DNA of 64,000 nt, from the NCBI RefSeq assembly GCF_006345805.1, contig NC_042997.1, positions 60,202,001-60,266,000 of the forward strand, in the 5' to 3' direction. This DNA is from Octopus sinensis. Lineage: Eukaryota. Position numbers and translations under genes: made by a program. The number at the start of each line of letters is the position of its first letter. Position 1 is the stretch's first letter. Under the pieces are notes generated by a model that saw only the letters and a program-made list of their open reading frames with translations, was not told the DNA's origin and did no database searches. Positions 15,494 to 28,823 of this stretch are shown here, piece by piece.

Positions 15494-16600
15494 TAGGGTG
15501 TTTGAGATATATGTAAGTTTACATAAAAGGAAAAGAAAACATGATATCCCATCCAAAAATCAATAAGAATATTTTAAAATATGAACTATATTATGGCTGG
15601 GAGATAAATAGTTTACTCAAAGTTGCTGCCCTCGGTGTATGCTCCTTAATTCTGTCCCTGAGAAGGTCTTTGAACACTTCCTCGATCTTAGCCACTAGCT
15701 TGACCTTGGTGTTGCAGGTAGAGCGGTTGGTGTCTTTCTTGACCGCACCCCTCATATAGTCATCCATAGGATTACAATTGGGGTTGATAAAATCGGAGAA
15801 ATTCTCTGTCAACCACTTCTGACTCTTTTTGGAGGTATGGCATGGAGCTGAATCCTTCTGTCACACATATAGCCTTCCAACAGCAACCAGCCAGGGTTTG
15901 ACACGATTTACAACTGCTTCACATTATCATTGAGCCTGAGGCCCTGTTCAAAGATATGAGACTACATGACGTTATCCTCCCTGGAGACACACTCAGAGAT
16001 CATAATATCTTAGGAAAAATTGGTTTGCATATGTCAGACATTACATGGATTGTTGTCAAGGCACCTATTGTTCTAGGTGTTGTGCAACCGGTCCTGGCAT
16101 AACTTCTTTTCATCAGAGAAGAACTCCGGTTCGACAGGATACCTCACTTAGTTCAGGAGCGTCTTTACCTTCTTGAAGTAGTTCTCTTCGGCCTTGGCTC
16201 TCAGAATTTGTCCCTTGCACCTCTTGTACGAGTGGTAGCAAATGTCCTAATACAGAGCCAGCTTCATGGTGGTGACTCCAACACCTATCTCTTTCACTAA
16301 AGCCCAGATTACCGTGCTCAGATTTTCCATTACATTGTTCTGCAATTGTTGGTTGAAGTCTGGCGTACGGACGTAGTCAGAACGTCTGCTGCGTCCTTTC
16401 TTACTGACCACGGTTTCGTAGTAATCGCTGTAGCTGTCCATATCACACAGTCTTTACGGTGTCGCAGTGGTCACAGAGCATTGAGCAGTAGTCAAGGTGT
16501 TGGTATTTTGATACTCAATGCGAATCATGATGATACGGGTAACTTTTTTCCAATATTCAAGTGGTTTCCTACCCTCCATGACAGCTAACTTTTTCTCAAC
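15494..16600 (-). mobile_element. Decayed DD37D (maT-type) transposon, second family
   Basis: Minus-strand motifs FFSDEK, QKDSAPCHTSKKSQKWLTENF, CNPMD, TNRSTCNTK, plus an N-terminal HTH-like ORF at 16247-16441. The right TIR was not identified. Confidence 0.7.
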
Positions 16601-16866
16601 TAAAACTTTCAATAAGCATTATGCTCTTTAACGCCGTTGACTATCCGCTAATACATCAAGCTGTTCTTGAAAGAAAGGAGACATAAAAAATCGACCCATA
16701 CAATCTTCAAATATATTTGCGCAGTGTTGTTATAAATTACTTTATAAATCATCTTTTCTTAACTATGGCATACGAATTTAACCAAATTTACAAACTATAC
16801 TAAATAGTTTTTCCAACGCTGATTCACATATGTTTCCACAAACTCCGGTTCCTATTAATTGAAATA

Positions 16867-18119
16867 TTAGGTTGCCAAGAAAGTTCTTGCGGTTTTTAAC
16901 CTTTAAATTCAGAAGCAGATATCTCGGCTCAAACAAAACTTTATTAATCGAAATAAACACCATCAGAATCAACACACTTTTGCGAAAGCGAAACAAGTTT
17001 AGTTATGCCATTAGCGTAAAAATCCTACATTCTGGTGGCGATGAAGTCGTGTTTGGTATCGTCTTGGTTTTTTAAGCATTTCTCACGCAGGAAGTTGTCG
17101 AGATGCTTGAAAAAGTGGTAGTCGGTAGGCGAGAGGTCTGGTGAGTATGGCGAGTGAGGCAGAGTTTCGTAACCCAATTCGTTCAACTTCTGCAGGGTCA
17201 GGTGCGACATGCAGCCGAGTGTTGTCGTGGAGAAGAATTGGTCCTTTTCTATGGACGAATGTTGGCTGTTGTTGTTGGAATTTCTTATGCATTTCATCCA
17301 TTTGCTGACAGTACTTCTCTGCCGTAATGGTTTCGCCTGGATCCAAAAATCTGTGATGGATAAGACTGACCGCAGATCGCGAAACAGTCACCATGACCTT
17401 CTTTTGGTGCAACTTTGACTTAGGGAAGTGCCGTGGAGCTTTGTCGGCGTCCAACCATTGAGCTGAGCGTCGCCGGTTGTCGTAAAGAATCCACTTTTCA
17501 TCACGTCACAATCCGGTCGAGAAACGGCTCGTTCTTGTGGCGTAAAAGAAGGGAATACAACACTTCAAAGTAACATTTGTTTTTTAGTTGCCGTTCAATT
17601 CGTGCAGCACCCATTTCTCAAGTATTTTTGTTTTTCCAATCTCTTTCAAGGAAATTGTCGTATACGTTACGTCCAATTCAGAAGCAAGCTCTTGAACAGT
17701 TGAGCGTGGATTGGCTTCGACTAAGGCTCTTAGTTGATCGTTGTCAGCAACCGATGGCCGACCACTACGCTTTTCATCTTCAAGACTCTCGTCACCGCTA
17801 CGAAATTTCTTGAACCACCATTGTGCTGTACGTTCATTAGTGGTTCCTGGGCCCAACGCATCGTTAGCTTTTTCAGCAGCTTTTCGGCCTAGCTTGAACT
17901 TGAATAAGAAAATTGTGCGAATTTGCTTTTTGTCCATGATGTATTCAACGTTCCGGAAAAATGGCCTAATTATTCCAAAAAAATAACACGATTAGATAGA
18001 GCGAAAAACAGGCTTTAAAACGATATGTAAAGTCAAAGTAATTTAACGAAAATTAATTTGAAAATATATCATTTAAAACCAAAATTAAAAATTCCGCAAG
18101 GACATTCTTGACAACCTAA
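16867..18119 (-). mobile_element. Mariner transposon (cecropia/Hsmar1-like, DD34D), full length but frameshifted
   Basis: TIRs TTAGGTTGCCAAGAAAGTTCTTGCGG and TTAGGTTGTCAAGAATGTCCTTGCGG with TA on both sides (16865-66, 18120-21). Protein segments MDKKQIRTIFLFKFKLGRKAAE, WFKKFRSGDESLEDE, HDN, YSPDLSPTDYHFF. Confidence 0.93.
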
Positions 18120-19929
18120 TATTTGTACATTTTACTGGTTTTACAACAAATGTGGTTTATTTCGATAATAAATTTAGCTGGCCATTACTGACTAAATAAT
18201 GCAGTAAAAGTTGGCCAAATTTGATCAACATGCTTTTGATAAACATTTCAAATATTTTGATGACAGAATTTGAGTTAAAACATTTATTTAGGTTAATTTA
18301 TATTTATGTTTGCTAATAATTGCAGAAAATTAATTTTTAATCGTTAAACAAACGTGAACCAAAAAGATGTATCCTGATTTGTTGATTACCATTTTAGAAA
18401 AAGAATTGTTTGCCATAAAACATGTAAGAAATATTGATACATCTCCCCAAAATGGGATGTTTTATCTATGAAAGGAATTTATTTCCAAATGATTTAGTTC
18501 CTCCTCTTCTCGAACTTTATACATTATTAATCATTGAGGAAACTCAAACCAGCATTTACATGGAAAATACCAAGCGGCTGGTCAACCAACAATAATACAA
18601 TTTGGGTAACTGTCTTCTATAATAACCTTGGATCAACGTACACTTGGATGAAATTTAGAATAAAAATTTAAAACAAAGGAGACTGCTCAACTATTGAATT
18701 TTAATTTCCAACCTATGATAAGAGATTCTTAGATGTATTCCAACTGAGAATTTCGCTTCTATGTTTTATGTAGAGGGTTAATATATGAAATATCAATAAT
18801 ACTTTTGAAAAAGAAAGGAGTCGTGTTATTTAAAAGTAGAATCAAGCACCACTTCTGAATCGTAGTAGATAATAATAATGCTGACATATAAAAGCTGTAC
18901 TTGACTATTCAACATGTATATATTAAATTATTAAATAAATCACGTTATTAATTGCAGCTGATGACAGAATGGTCATATTTGTGCACAGATACATAAGCAT
19001 ATGAATAGGCTTTACTAAATTATTGCCAGAGTTTTTAAATGAACAGATACCAAAATTATCAGACATAAATACCATGTATGTTAGACAAAACACACATGCA
19101 TAAAATTACGTTTCACTTTTAAAATCTTATTTGCTTAACATTCGAAAATTTTATGGGTATTCCTTAATAATCCACTATTTTTATACTGAGAGCATATGGT
19201 AAATTTTGAACAAAGAACGTATTGTTCTGGAACAGTAATGTGTCTATTCATTTAAGAAAGTATATGACAACATTTTAAAGTATATTTTCGGACACATATG
19301 TCTAGAATTTTAAAATTTCTTTTATATATAATGTAACTAATAAAACGTTAACTACTTCCAAGTACAATATTATATGAAACTAAACAATAGTTACAATATT
19401 TAGTAACTTAGTCAGAGGAGAAAAAGCAGCACAATGACCTTTTTTCCAGGGGTCCGAGATTAGTGGGAAGAAGAACGATGTTACCCTCAGAGCTAAGACC
19501 TTACTGAATATTGTAAGAGAGTGTACTCTAGGGAAAGCACAAAGGACATATGATGATGTTAAACTTAGTGATATGTTAAATTTACTACCCACCAACAGAA
19601 ATGGTCTGCCTCCATCTGTCCTGATCCCACAGTTTCCCGTTTACAGAATTTCACGTTTTTCATAGCCACGGATAAACCCAGGGCAATATTAGAAGACATT
19701 TGCCTAAATTTATTGGGAAATTTATCCGTAAAGTACTATCAATTGTAAACATGTCTCTCAATATATTTTTCCATTTAGATATGTTTTTTTTTCCATGTTC
19801 AGTCCCGGTGGTATGAGGAATTGCAATGTGAATTGTCATAACAAATGAAACATTAACGTTTCTGCTAGCTCATCATCCTTCTTGCAAATTTAAGAAATGT
19901 ATACGTTTTATACAGAAAATAATTGCGAT

Positions 19930-20003
<74 letters not shown>

Positions 20004-20214
20004 ACACACACACATACACACACATATATTAGCTTACTCTCTCCATCAAATCGACGTTGTCTGAACAGGTGCACTATGTATCAGCGCGTCAGGTGTCGAA
20101 GTGATCACAGAGTAACGTGAGACGGAGTTTTTTGTTTAAGAACACAACGCATCACCCTGTCTAGCAATTAGAACCACGATCTCGCGATCGTGAGAGCAAC
20201 ACCCTTAGTCTTAG

Positions 20215-21150
20215 AAATTTTTGTAGGTTTACCGCTACGTCCGTGTGTGAGTGAGTATCAAGTGACAATTTTTAATGTCGTAAGTTAAGGCTGACACGGT
20301 TGACTGAACATGTCCAAACAATCAATGCTCTGAATGGTTTCTGTCAATTGTTTGTAGACAAGGAACACATGATTATGTTTATAAACTTTTGTACGTTTCC
20401 CGCTACGTCTGTGCGTTAATGTCACATGACAGTATATTTTGTGCCTAAAAAGAAGTTCGACACGGTTGAATGAACATGTTTAGTTATATTCAAAGCACTC
20501 TGAATTTAATCTGTCATGCAGGAATGTGGACAGTAGTCGTTTCTATGTAGTCCAGTGGCTAAAGTTTAGGTTGTTAGCTGTGTAGGTTCCTCGTGATAAG
20601 TGGCAGAATGAATTTTGTGTATGAATAGTTATTTGTGCATGTACTCTGTTAAAGTTTGTTAAGTCTTGGTTTGTCCTTTTGTATGAAAGTATTTCATTGT
20701 TTATCCGTGCTTCATCTGTGATATTCACTGAACAAAGGTAGAGTGGGAAGATCTGGAATTTGGAGGACTTATTTTTTGCATATATGTATGTGTGTCCACT
20801 CAGTGGAATCTGTCAAGTACTGGGGTCTTGTATTTGTTGTCGGTGAATCGTCAGTCTATTTCTTAGAGTAAACTTTGTTTGACCTATGTAATCTTCATTA
20901 CATCCTTGACATTTGATAGCATATATTATATTGACTGAAGAACATGTAAAGTGATTTTTACGGTAAAAACTGTCCTGATTTGGATTTGTATGTTGTGTCT
21001 TCAATAAGGTCGATGCAGGTACCACAATTGGGGCTGCCACCATTTTTAACTGTTGGTGTAGCTGTTGTGGAATATGATTTAGCACTTGTGGGAAAATTTC
21101 TGAGGGACTTTGTCTTTTACTTTTGAATATCATGTGTATTTCACACATAC
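20215..21150 (-). mobile_element. Penelope-like element 3' fragment (Neptune-type GIY-YIG endonuclease plus tail)
   Basis: FTCSSVNIIYAIKCQGCNEDYIGQT...LRNRLTIH. Translation continues past one stop to FQIFPLY, paralleling 63282-63608. Confidence 0.8.
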
Positions 21151-21324
21151 GTAGATATATGTATGATGATGTAAATGTTTCTACTGGGTTATTTGGATAT
21201 ATTCACTATGGAGACGCTCTGTTTGCTCTATCATAGCATGTAACAACCATACACGGTATCAAATCCAGATAACACTTAGTTGGCCCCCAACAACATTTTT
21301 CATAGTTCACATCTAGTGCTCGTA

Positions 21325-21545
21325 ACGCTTCATCAACCAAGAGGAGATGGAAACTTCAATGAAGCAGTTCTTTGCGTTGAAGGACAAGAACTGGTATCAA
21401 CGTGGGATCAAAGAACTGGCAGAAAGGTGGTTTTAGACGCTGTAACACAATAGCCTCTACTTGAATGCTTGGCTGCTTTTATTGTAACATAACGAATAAA
21501 GCAAATTAGTTACTAAATATTGCAAAACTTTTGAATCAATACAAT
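21325..21545 (+). pseudogene. Mariner transposase 3' remnant
   Basis: QEEMETSMKQFFALKDKNWYQRGIKELAERW matches the mariner C-terminal consensus. Confidence 0.65.
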
Positions 21546-21619
21546 ACATTTACCACAATAAAATAATAGATGGACTATACATAGACAAGCACACATATGT
21601 GTATGTGTTTATATGTATG

Positions 21620-21676
<57 letters not shown>

Positions 21677-21837
21677 GTATGTATATGTGTGTGTATACGT
21701 TACGTATGAACGTGTGTGTACGTAAGCATTACTTTTCATATGCAGACAGTTTCTATTTTATTCTGCTAAGTAGATGTATGTAAAGCATAATATACATATA
21801 CATACAAACATACATACACACATACATACATACATAC

Positions 21838-23380
21838 ATTTATTTTATTTATGGCTGCCCCCTCGTTATCGAGTATGGCCATTGCACGAAGCTTAACTGT
21901 TACTGGTGCTGTGATCAAATGTGACTTTTTAGCCCAGCTAAAGATCTACAATGTCTTGTACAAAATTGGCAACTAAGACCTTTACTGGTAATAGCCGGCT
22001 GTAGTTGTAACTGAGCTTCATGTACCTTTGCATGTCGTTTAAGTCCTCCTGCCGAATTACACTCTCTTCCACATGCCCGACGGATATGATTAGTATGGTG
22101 TGTTACACCACCACCAGTGGCCAGGTTGTCACTCATCTGTCTCGTTTTATGACTACGAAGATAATTCATGAGTCCAGCTTTACTGAGGCAGGGTCTTGCA
22201 CAGACATTGCATGTCAGAATCAAAGGAAGACCCTTCCCTTCTGGACGTGTAACAGCGGTGCCCTTCGTGACATCCCTCCTTACTTTCTCATGTGCAACTC
22301 GAGATTTCTCAAACGTGGCTGTCCCCTCATGCACAATCCTTCTCCACCTGCTACGATCAATAGCTATGCCTTCACATGTGTCAGGAGAGATGCAAGCATC
22401 TCTTAAGCAAGCCTTCAGCAAGGCCTTATACCTCTTTTTTGGTTTATGTGGAGGTCGTTCTCCTTTAGCTAACTCTCCATAAAAGAGTTGTTTTGGCATC
22501 CTTGAATCCTTCATTCTGACCAGATAACCACTCCATCTGAGCCTTTGCTTTAACACAAGGGCTTTTATACTTACACACCGAGAGCCTTCGAGTATTTCAA
22601 GATCACTGATGCGGTCCTTCCACTTAATGCTATAGATCCGTCTGAGGCACATCTGATGGAAACATTCCAGATGTTTAAGGTGGTATCGATATGTGACCCA
22701 CGTCTTGCAGGTATAGAGAAGAGAAGGGAGCACACATGCCTTGTACGCCTTTATCTTTGTCTTTCTGCAAATGTCTCGCCGACTCCAGAGGCGCTTTTCT
22801 AGCCTTCCGAAAGCAACACTTGCTTTCCTAATTCTATATGGAACTTCATCATCCACATTGCCATATCTATTAATAGTGCTTCCCAGGTAGACAAACTGAT
22901 CGACTACATCAAGTCGTTTACCATTCACATAGATATTTGGTACACTATACTGCTTACCAGGGGCAGATTGATGCATGACAACAGTTTTCTTGAGATTGAC
23001 TGTCAATCCTAAGGCAGTGCAAGCATCAGAGAATGCATTCAAAACGTGTTGCATATCAATCTCTGTATGTGCTACTAGCTCACAATCATCAGCATACAAA
23101 AGGTCTCTTATAATAGAGGTAAATATCTTTGTTTTTGCAGCAAGGCGCCTGATATTAAATATGCTGCCAGAGGTTCGATAATGGACGTAAACACCGTATC
23201 TGCAGTTTCTGAATGCAATACCGAACACCATCGCGAAATATATGGAAAATAGGATCGGTGCCAGAATATCCCCCTGTTTCACTCCATTTTGTATTGAAAT
23301 GGGCTCCGACATCTTCCCTCTAACATTCACCCTACCATTCATGTCTTCATGAAAAGACCTAACCAAAGCAAGACCTAACC
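21838..23380 (-). mobile_element. 5'-truncated RTE (BovB-like) LINE: RT C-terminal half plus three C2H2 zinc fingers
   Basis: About 487 open codons with GVKQGDILAPILF, LLYADD, FVYLGS and QRLRWSG. Short 3' UTR with an AAATAAAATAAATG tail; (CATA)n on both flanks. Confidence 0.93.
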
Positions 23381-23518
23381 ATACATACATACATACATAC
23401 ATACATACATACATACATACATACATACATACATACATACATACATACATACCACACATACATACATACATACATACATACATACAGACAGACATACATA
23501 CATACATACATATGTGTG

Positions 23519-23551
<33 letters not shown>

Positions 23552-23610
23552 CCAGCATGATCGCAGCTTCATGGCTGAAACGAATAAAAGAATAAAAGAA
23601 TATATATATA

Positions 23611-24019
23611 ACTTACTGTTATATATAATAAAAGTCGGGATGTATGCCGTTCAGTTACTCAATAACTAAAAAATGCATTAAATAAACAACGACAGCTAAA
23701 AGACGTACATGAGGGCAGACACAAAAGGCCCTAATTCTTCATCAGTTATCAACTGAATGGTAATGCTCAGTTTCATGTCTTTAATGATAATACTGAGAAC
23801 TTCGCATATGGGCGGCACTCGCAAAATTAGGGCTTCGAGCGAACAAAACGATACAGAGTGGACGTAGGAAAGTAAACAAATGTAATTTAAGACGATTGAC
23901 AAAGACGAAATAAGTGTCTGTCCTACGTGTACGCTTTTTAGCTATCGTTGTTTATTTAATGCATTTTTCATTTGTTGAGTAACTGAACGCCATGCCTCCC
24001 GACTTTTGTCAACAGTAAG
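23611..24019. repeat. Inverted-repeat element with ~108-bp arms
   Basis: 23611-23722 is the reverse complement of 23914-24019 (ACTTACTGTT...GGCAGACAC). The interior recurs inverted at about 24366-24545. Confidence 0.8.
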
Positions 24020-24580
24020 TTTTTCATATATATATATTTTTTTCTCTCTCGTCCTCTCCTTCTATTTCTAGCATTCCCACTTCCTCCTCTTTCCCTCTCT
24101 CATCCTCTCACTTGTAATTGTAGACTTTATCGCTTCCTCCTTCCTTGTTCTCTCTGCCGCTCTCTTATCCTCCTTCCTCTCTATCTACCGTTCACACATG
24201 ACCTGTGACCAATTTTCCCATTTCTCTGCCTTTTTCGCACCGGACGTTTAGCTAGCCGGTCGATATCTGTCTCTTCTCTTGCTACTAGTCTTCCAGGCGT
24301 TACCCATCAATCCTGTCTTTTGGGCCGAAAGGCCGTATTTTTCTCGTCTACATATTTTTCTCGTCTACCTATTTATTCCGTCTTTGTCAAGCATCTTAAA
24401 TTACATTTATTTACTGTCGTACGTTCACTCTGCATCGTTTTGTTCGCTCGGAGCCCTAATCCTCCGCTAATTTTGCGGGTGCCGATGATATGTGAAGTTC
24501 ACAATATTATTAAATGCATGAAACTGAGTATTACCATTCAGTGTACATTTATTTAGCTATCGTTATATATATATATCACT

Positions 24581-24863
24581 CTGATCACCGTGACCGACCA
24601 GGCTATCAGATGTTGCTACACATCGCTTGTCACAATGCGCTTCGCATTGTTTTAGCCTTTAAATGACGCCACCCCGCTGGCTAAGCGAGTAGGCGAACAG
24701 AAGAAAGAGTGATAGAAAGTTGTAGCGAAAGAGTACAGCAGGGATCGCCACCACCCCCTTTCGGAGCGACGTGAAGCTTTTAGGTGTTTTCGCTCAATAA
24801 ACACTCACAACGCCCAGTCTGGGAATCGAAACCACGATCCTACGACCGCGTTTCCGCTGCTCT
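24581..24863 (-). mobile_element. tRNA-derived SINE
   Basis: Reverse-complement B-box (GGGAATCGAAACC on +) and the body shared with 48491-48878. Confidence 0.8.
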
Positions 24864-24910
24864 AATGTATGTATGTATATATATATATATTATATATATA
24901 TATATGTATG

Positions 24911-24959
<49 letters not shown>

Positions 24960-24961
24960 TA

Positions 24962-25001
<40 letters not shown>

Positions 25002-25659
25002 TGAGTGAGAGAGACACAGGGAAATGAAAGAACAAGCACAGAAAAATCATTTTTATTAACTGCATGATTCATGTGTTCAATATGACCTCCAATGTATGGG
25101 ACGTATGTATGTATTTTCTTGATATTTATTTAAATTCTTCACAAAGTAACAAGGCTTCTTTGTTTCAGTCGAGAGGATTTGTGAATATCAGTTTAAACGT
25201 GCATGTATGTGTTTGTTGTTATTTTGTAGGTATTTACGTAATTACTAATTCCCTTGTACGCAACTAGTCGCTGAACATGTCACTTTAATATTTATATCTC
25301 TGTTTTTCTGTTTATCTATGTTTCTTTTTTTAATTATTTGAATTCTTCCTACGAAGAATGATCTAGTTTCTAACAAGGAAACAAAACTTCATCGCAGGAA
25401 TTGGGATAATGACGATAAGTGTTACATGCTGAATTTTAGAATAACCTTGCATATTTATGCTGTCCCGCCTACAGATTGCATTTGTAAAAAGCGAGTTTGC
25501 TGAAATTACTTGTTTTGCAGATTGTCACTTAAACGTTTACATCAGTGTAAGTGCTCCAATAATTATTTGTTTAAATGTAAATTTATAATCAGAGTAGAGA
25601 AGCTGCCTGTTTCGAAGCATTTGTCAGTAAATATTTTCTCATCGATGATTTTGAAAGTG

Positions 25660-26913
25660 TCAGGTCATCCCATAAGTTCTGTCTGATTTTACCTTTTTTA
25701 AAATTGAATGAAATCTAATAGTATTTTAGAATGTCTAATGGAATTTAAAATTATTTTTATGCATTTGTGTACATTTAAACTAATTAAATATTATTTTACA
25801 GAATAATAGAATTAAAATTTCTTTGATTAAAACCCTTTCTAACATGAGAGTATCCAAAATGCATTTGAGGCACAAAAAAGGAAATTCTGCAGCCGAAGTG
25901 ACTCGAAACACACTCAGTTTATGGGAAAGAATGTTTGAATGAAAGAACTTGCAGAAGATGGTTTGCAAAATTCAGAAGTGGAGATTTCAGCCTTGAAGAT
26001 GAAGATTAAACAGGAGGTCCAGTTGAGTTTGATGATAAGCTCCTTGAGGCATTACTTGAAGAAAATCCTGCATTATCAGTTGAAGAATTGGCAATAAAGC
26101 TTGGTTCAAACCATACAACTGTTCATCGTCATATTAAATAACTTGGAAAGGTTCTTAAACTTGGAAAATGGGTGCCTCATGAATTGTCCGAAAGCAACCG
26201 AAAATCCTGAGTTGACATCTGATCTTCTCTCTATTCTATCGAACTCATTTCACCCTTTTTGGATAGACTTGTGACTGGTGATGAAAAATGGATCTTCTAT
26301 CGAAATCTTAAACATCGTAAACAATAGCTTGGTAAGAGGTTAAAAGCTCAACCACAACCGAGAAGAGAACTTCCTGGGGAAAAGGTTCTTTTCTCTATTT
26401 GGTGGGATTGCAAAGGAGTAATTCACTTTGAATTGTTACCACCTAATGCAACAATCAATGCTCAAGTCTACTGTCAGCAATTAGAGCGTTTAAACCAAGC
26501 TTCGAAGAAAAAAAGACCCGCTTTAGTGAATCGAAAAGGAGTGATGTTTCATCAAGGCAATGCGCGACCCCACACTGCAAAGATCACATCACAGAAGATG
26601 AAAGAGGTTGGCTGGGAAAAAATTCCTCATCCCCCTTATTCTCCCGACCTTGCTTCTTTAGACTACCATTTGTTTCGTAGTTTACTGGATCATTTGGGGG
26701 ATATAACTTTCGCAAGCCAGGAGGAGGTCGAAACTGACATTTCAGTTCTTCGCTTTGAAACCGAAAGAGTTTTACGATGATGAGATTAAAAAGCTTGTAA
26801 ATAGATGGAAGGGAGTCATAGATAATCAGGGAAACTACATTGATGATTAAATTTCAATTAAATATAACATTTGGTCACTTGTTTTCTTTATTCAAAATTC
26901 GGACAGAACTTAT
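25660..26913 (+). mobile_element. Decayed mariner (DD34D) transposon
   Basis: WFAKFRSGDFSLED, GKWVPHEL, VTGDEKW, HQGNARPH, HPPYSPDLASLDYHLF. ATAAGTTCTGTC at 25672 has an inverted match at about 26902-26913 (right TIR truncated). Confidence 0.88.
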
Positions 26914-28734
26914 AATAATACTCACATCCGCAGGACGTCCTGACCTCAATGAATATATATGATTTTACTTTTCTATCCCAAACAGCTACGACAGACCTTT
27001 TATATATGTACTTAGTAGAAGTTTTGATGGAAAAATTCCACTAATATTCAGAGGTTTAATGGAAATGTTCTATCTGTATTCCACCAATATTCCCAGATTA
27101 ATTGTAAATGCCATCATTTATCTTAAGGACATTTACTGCTCCACCATTCGAATATTCATATTTTGTATTGGAATGCATCACCAGCATTCTTTGTTTTTAA
27201 AGGTGTGTATTCATTCTGATCTACGGTGAACACCGTAAACAGTCTCGTTGAGAATACACTGATTCGTGGGAAAGTATTTCCTTGCGAGCTTGTGTATATA
27301 TGTATGTTAATCTTAAATGGAAGGACTACAAATATACATCGTGATGGAATGCTAATCTATGACAGATATCTTTTCTCACAAAATAGTTTCATATTTATTC
27401 AATAAGATGTAGTAAAATAAATAAAATTATGTGGCCTATTGAGAGTGGGGGAGTGAACGACTAACAGTGCCAGATAAACCTCTAATTCATATAGAACCTC
27501 ATATACTCGACCATTTGAATTCTTATTTTCTTTAACCACATTAATGTAGTTTATTTACAATATCAAATAGGCGTACTTGTTTGAATAATTTTTAAATAAA
27601 TTATTTATTTAGAATGAAAGGCCAATGCTTTTAACATTTACTGCCCGCTTTTTTATCGAAACTGGTGAAATTGATATGGTGGGTGTTCAGTTTAAATGTC
27701 TGTAAATCGTCGCCCGGTTTGACACCACTTACTGACACCTTGGGAGCTTTTAACGGAGTCCTTTCGGATAGATGCATTCGAACAAGATTTCTGACTTAAG
27801 GCTACCTTTCTCTTTCCTTTAATAAGTCTCGGGGCCTTGTATGGGATCAGGGACACGGCTTTCTTCCCGACTCTTTTTTTACTTTTAAATCAACATCCCG
27901 GATGAAAAGTATTGGCGGTAAGTGAATTCCAGTTTTTGGAGGTTTTGTGCCCTGGTTAGGAAAGGTTGTATATAATGATTTGTACGGGAGCTGGTGGAAG
28001 TCGTTAAACATTACCTAATTCAGAGGATTAGAAGCGATTCTTTAGGCAGTTACCAGAAAGAATGATCTCGTGAATGAATCTTTGCTACAGGTATCTTCTT
28101 TTAGTTGCAGACTAAGATGTCAGTATGTAAAGCAGTAATATCTTGCTTGATGCGGAAGCCATACAACAGTATGTGTTTTACTTGTTTGCAAAGAGTCAAC
28201 GATTGATCAGTACTGATATATTTTCTGAAGTTTCATAGCGGATGGCCAACTAATCAGAAATGAATTTTTTTCCTGAGAGCTAAAGTAAAATGTTTTCAAA
28301 ATTAAATATACAATTGATTCCTGTAGCCTCTCCAAGCAGCTCGAGTAAAGAATCTTCATAGCTTCAGTTAAAGCAATCCTTCTTAACTGCATAAACTTGG
28401 ATCCCACCGTCGACCCACTAGGGCCAAGTTTCTCGATGATTGCTACATTCTTTTGCTTCGACTGGCATTCAACAGCAGCTAGACGTAGAAAGTAACCAGC
28501 ATGCAATTCTATAGCAACCTTTCCATCTTTGGTCAGCAAAATAGAAGATGATGACAACTAAGTCAGCGCTGTCTAGAAAATCCAGAATTTATTGCTATCC
28601 AAGAACCGACCAACGAAAGGATAATTTGTTAGCGTCCTTCAAACACCATGGACAAGGTTTTGATAGAAGCCTCTTGTGAAGTAAATACTGTTAAATTTAG
28701 AAAACTGATGATAGAATGGTATTTTGGCGCATCC

Positions 28735-28823
28735 GGTGACGGTAGCAAGACGGTGACGGTAGCAAGACGGTGACGGTAGCAAGACGGTGACGGTAGCAAG
28801 ACGGTGACGGTAGCAAGACGGTG
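28735..28823. repeat. 17-bp minisatellite (GGTGACGGTAGCAAGAC) x5 plus partial
   Basis: Five perfect units with no spacers. Confidence 0.95.

Noticed and set aside
19450-19660. ~70-codon open frame after TTTTTCCAG
   Set aside because: No recognisable homology, and its 3' part runs into a decayed SINE.
27800-28560. Possible decayed Gypsy pol (GWP and H..C-like fragments)
   Set aside because: Only scattered short motif resemblances across several frames; it needs an HMM or tBLASTx search.
28735-28823. Regular short repeats as a possible CRISPR array
   Set aside because: The units are contiguous with no spacers, and the context is eukaryotic.
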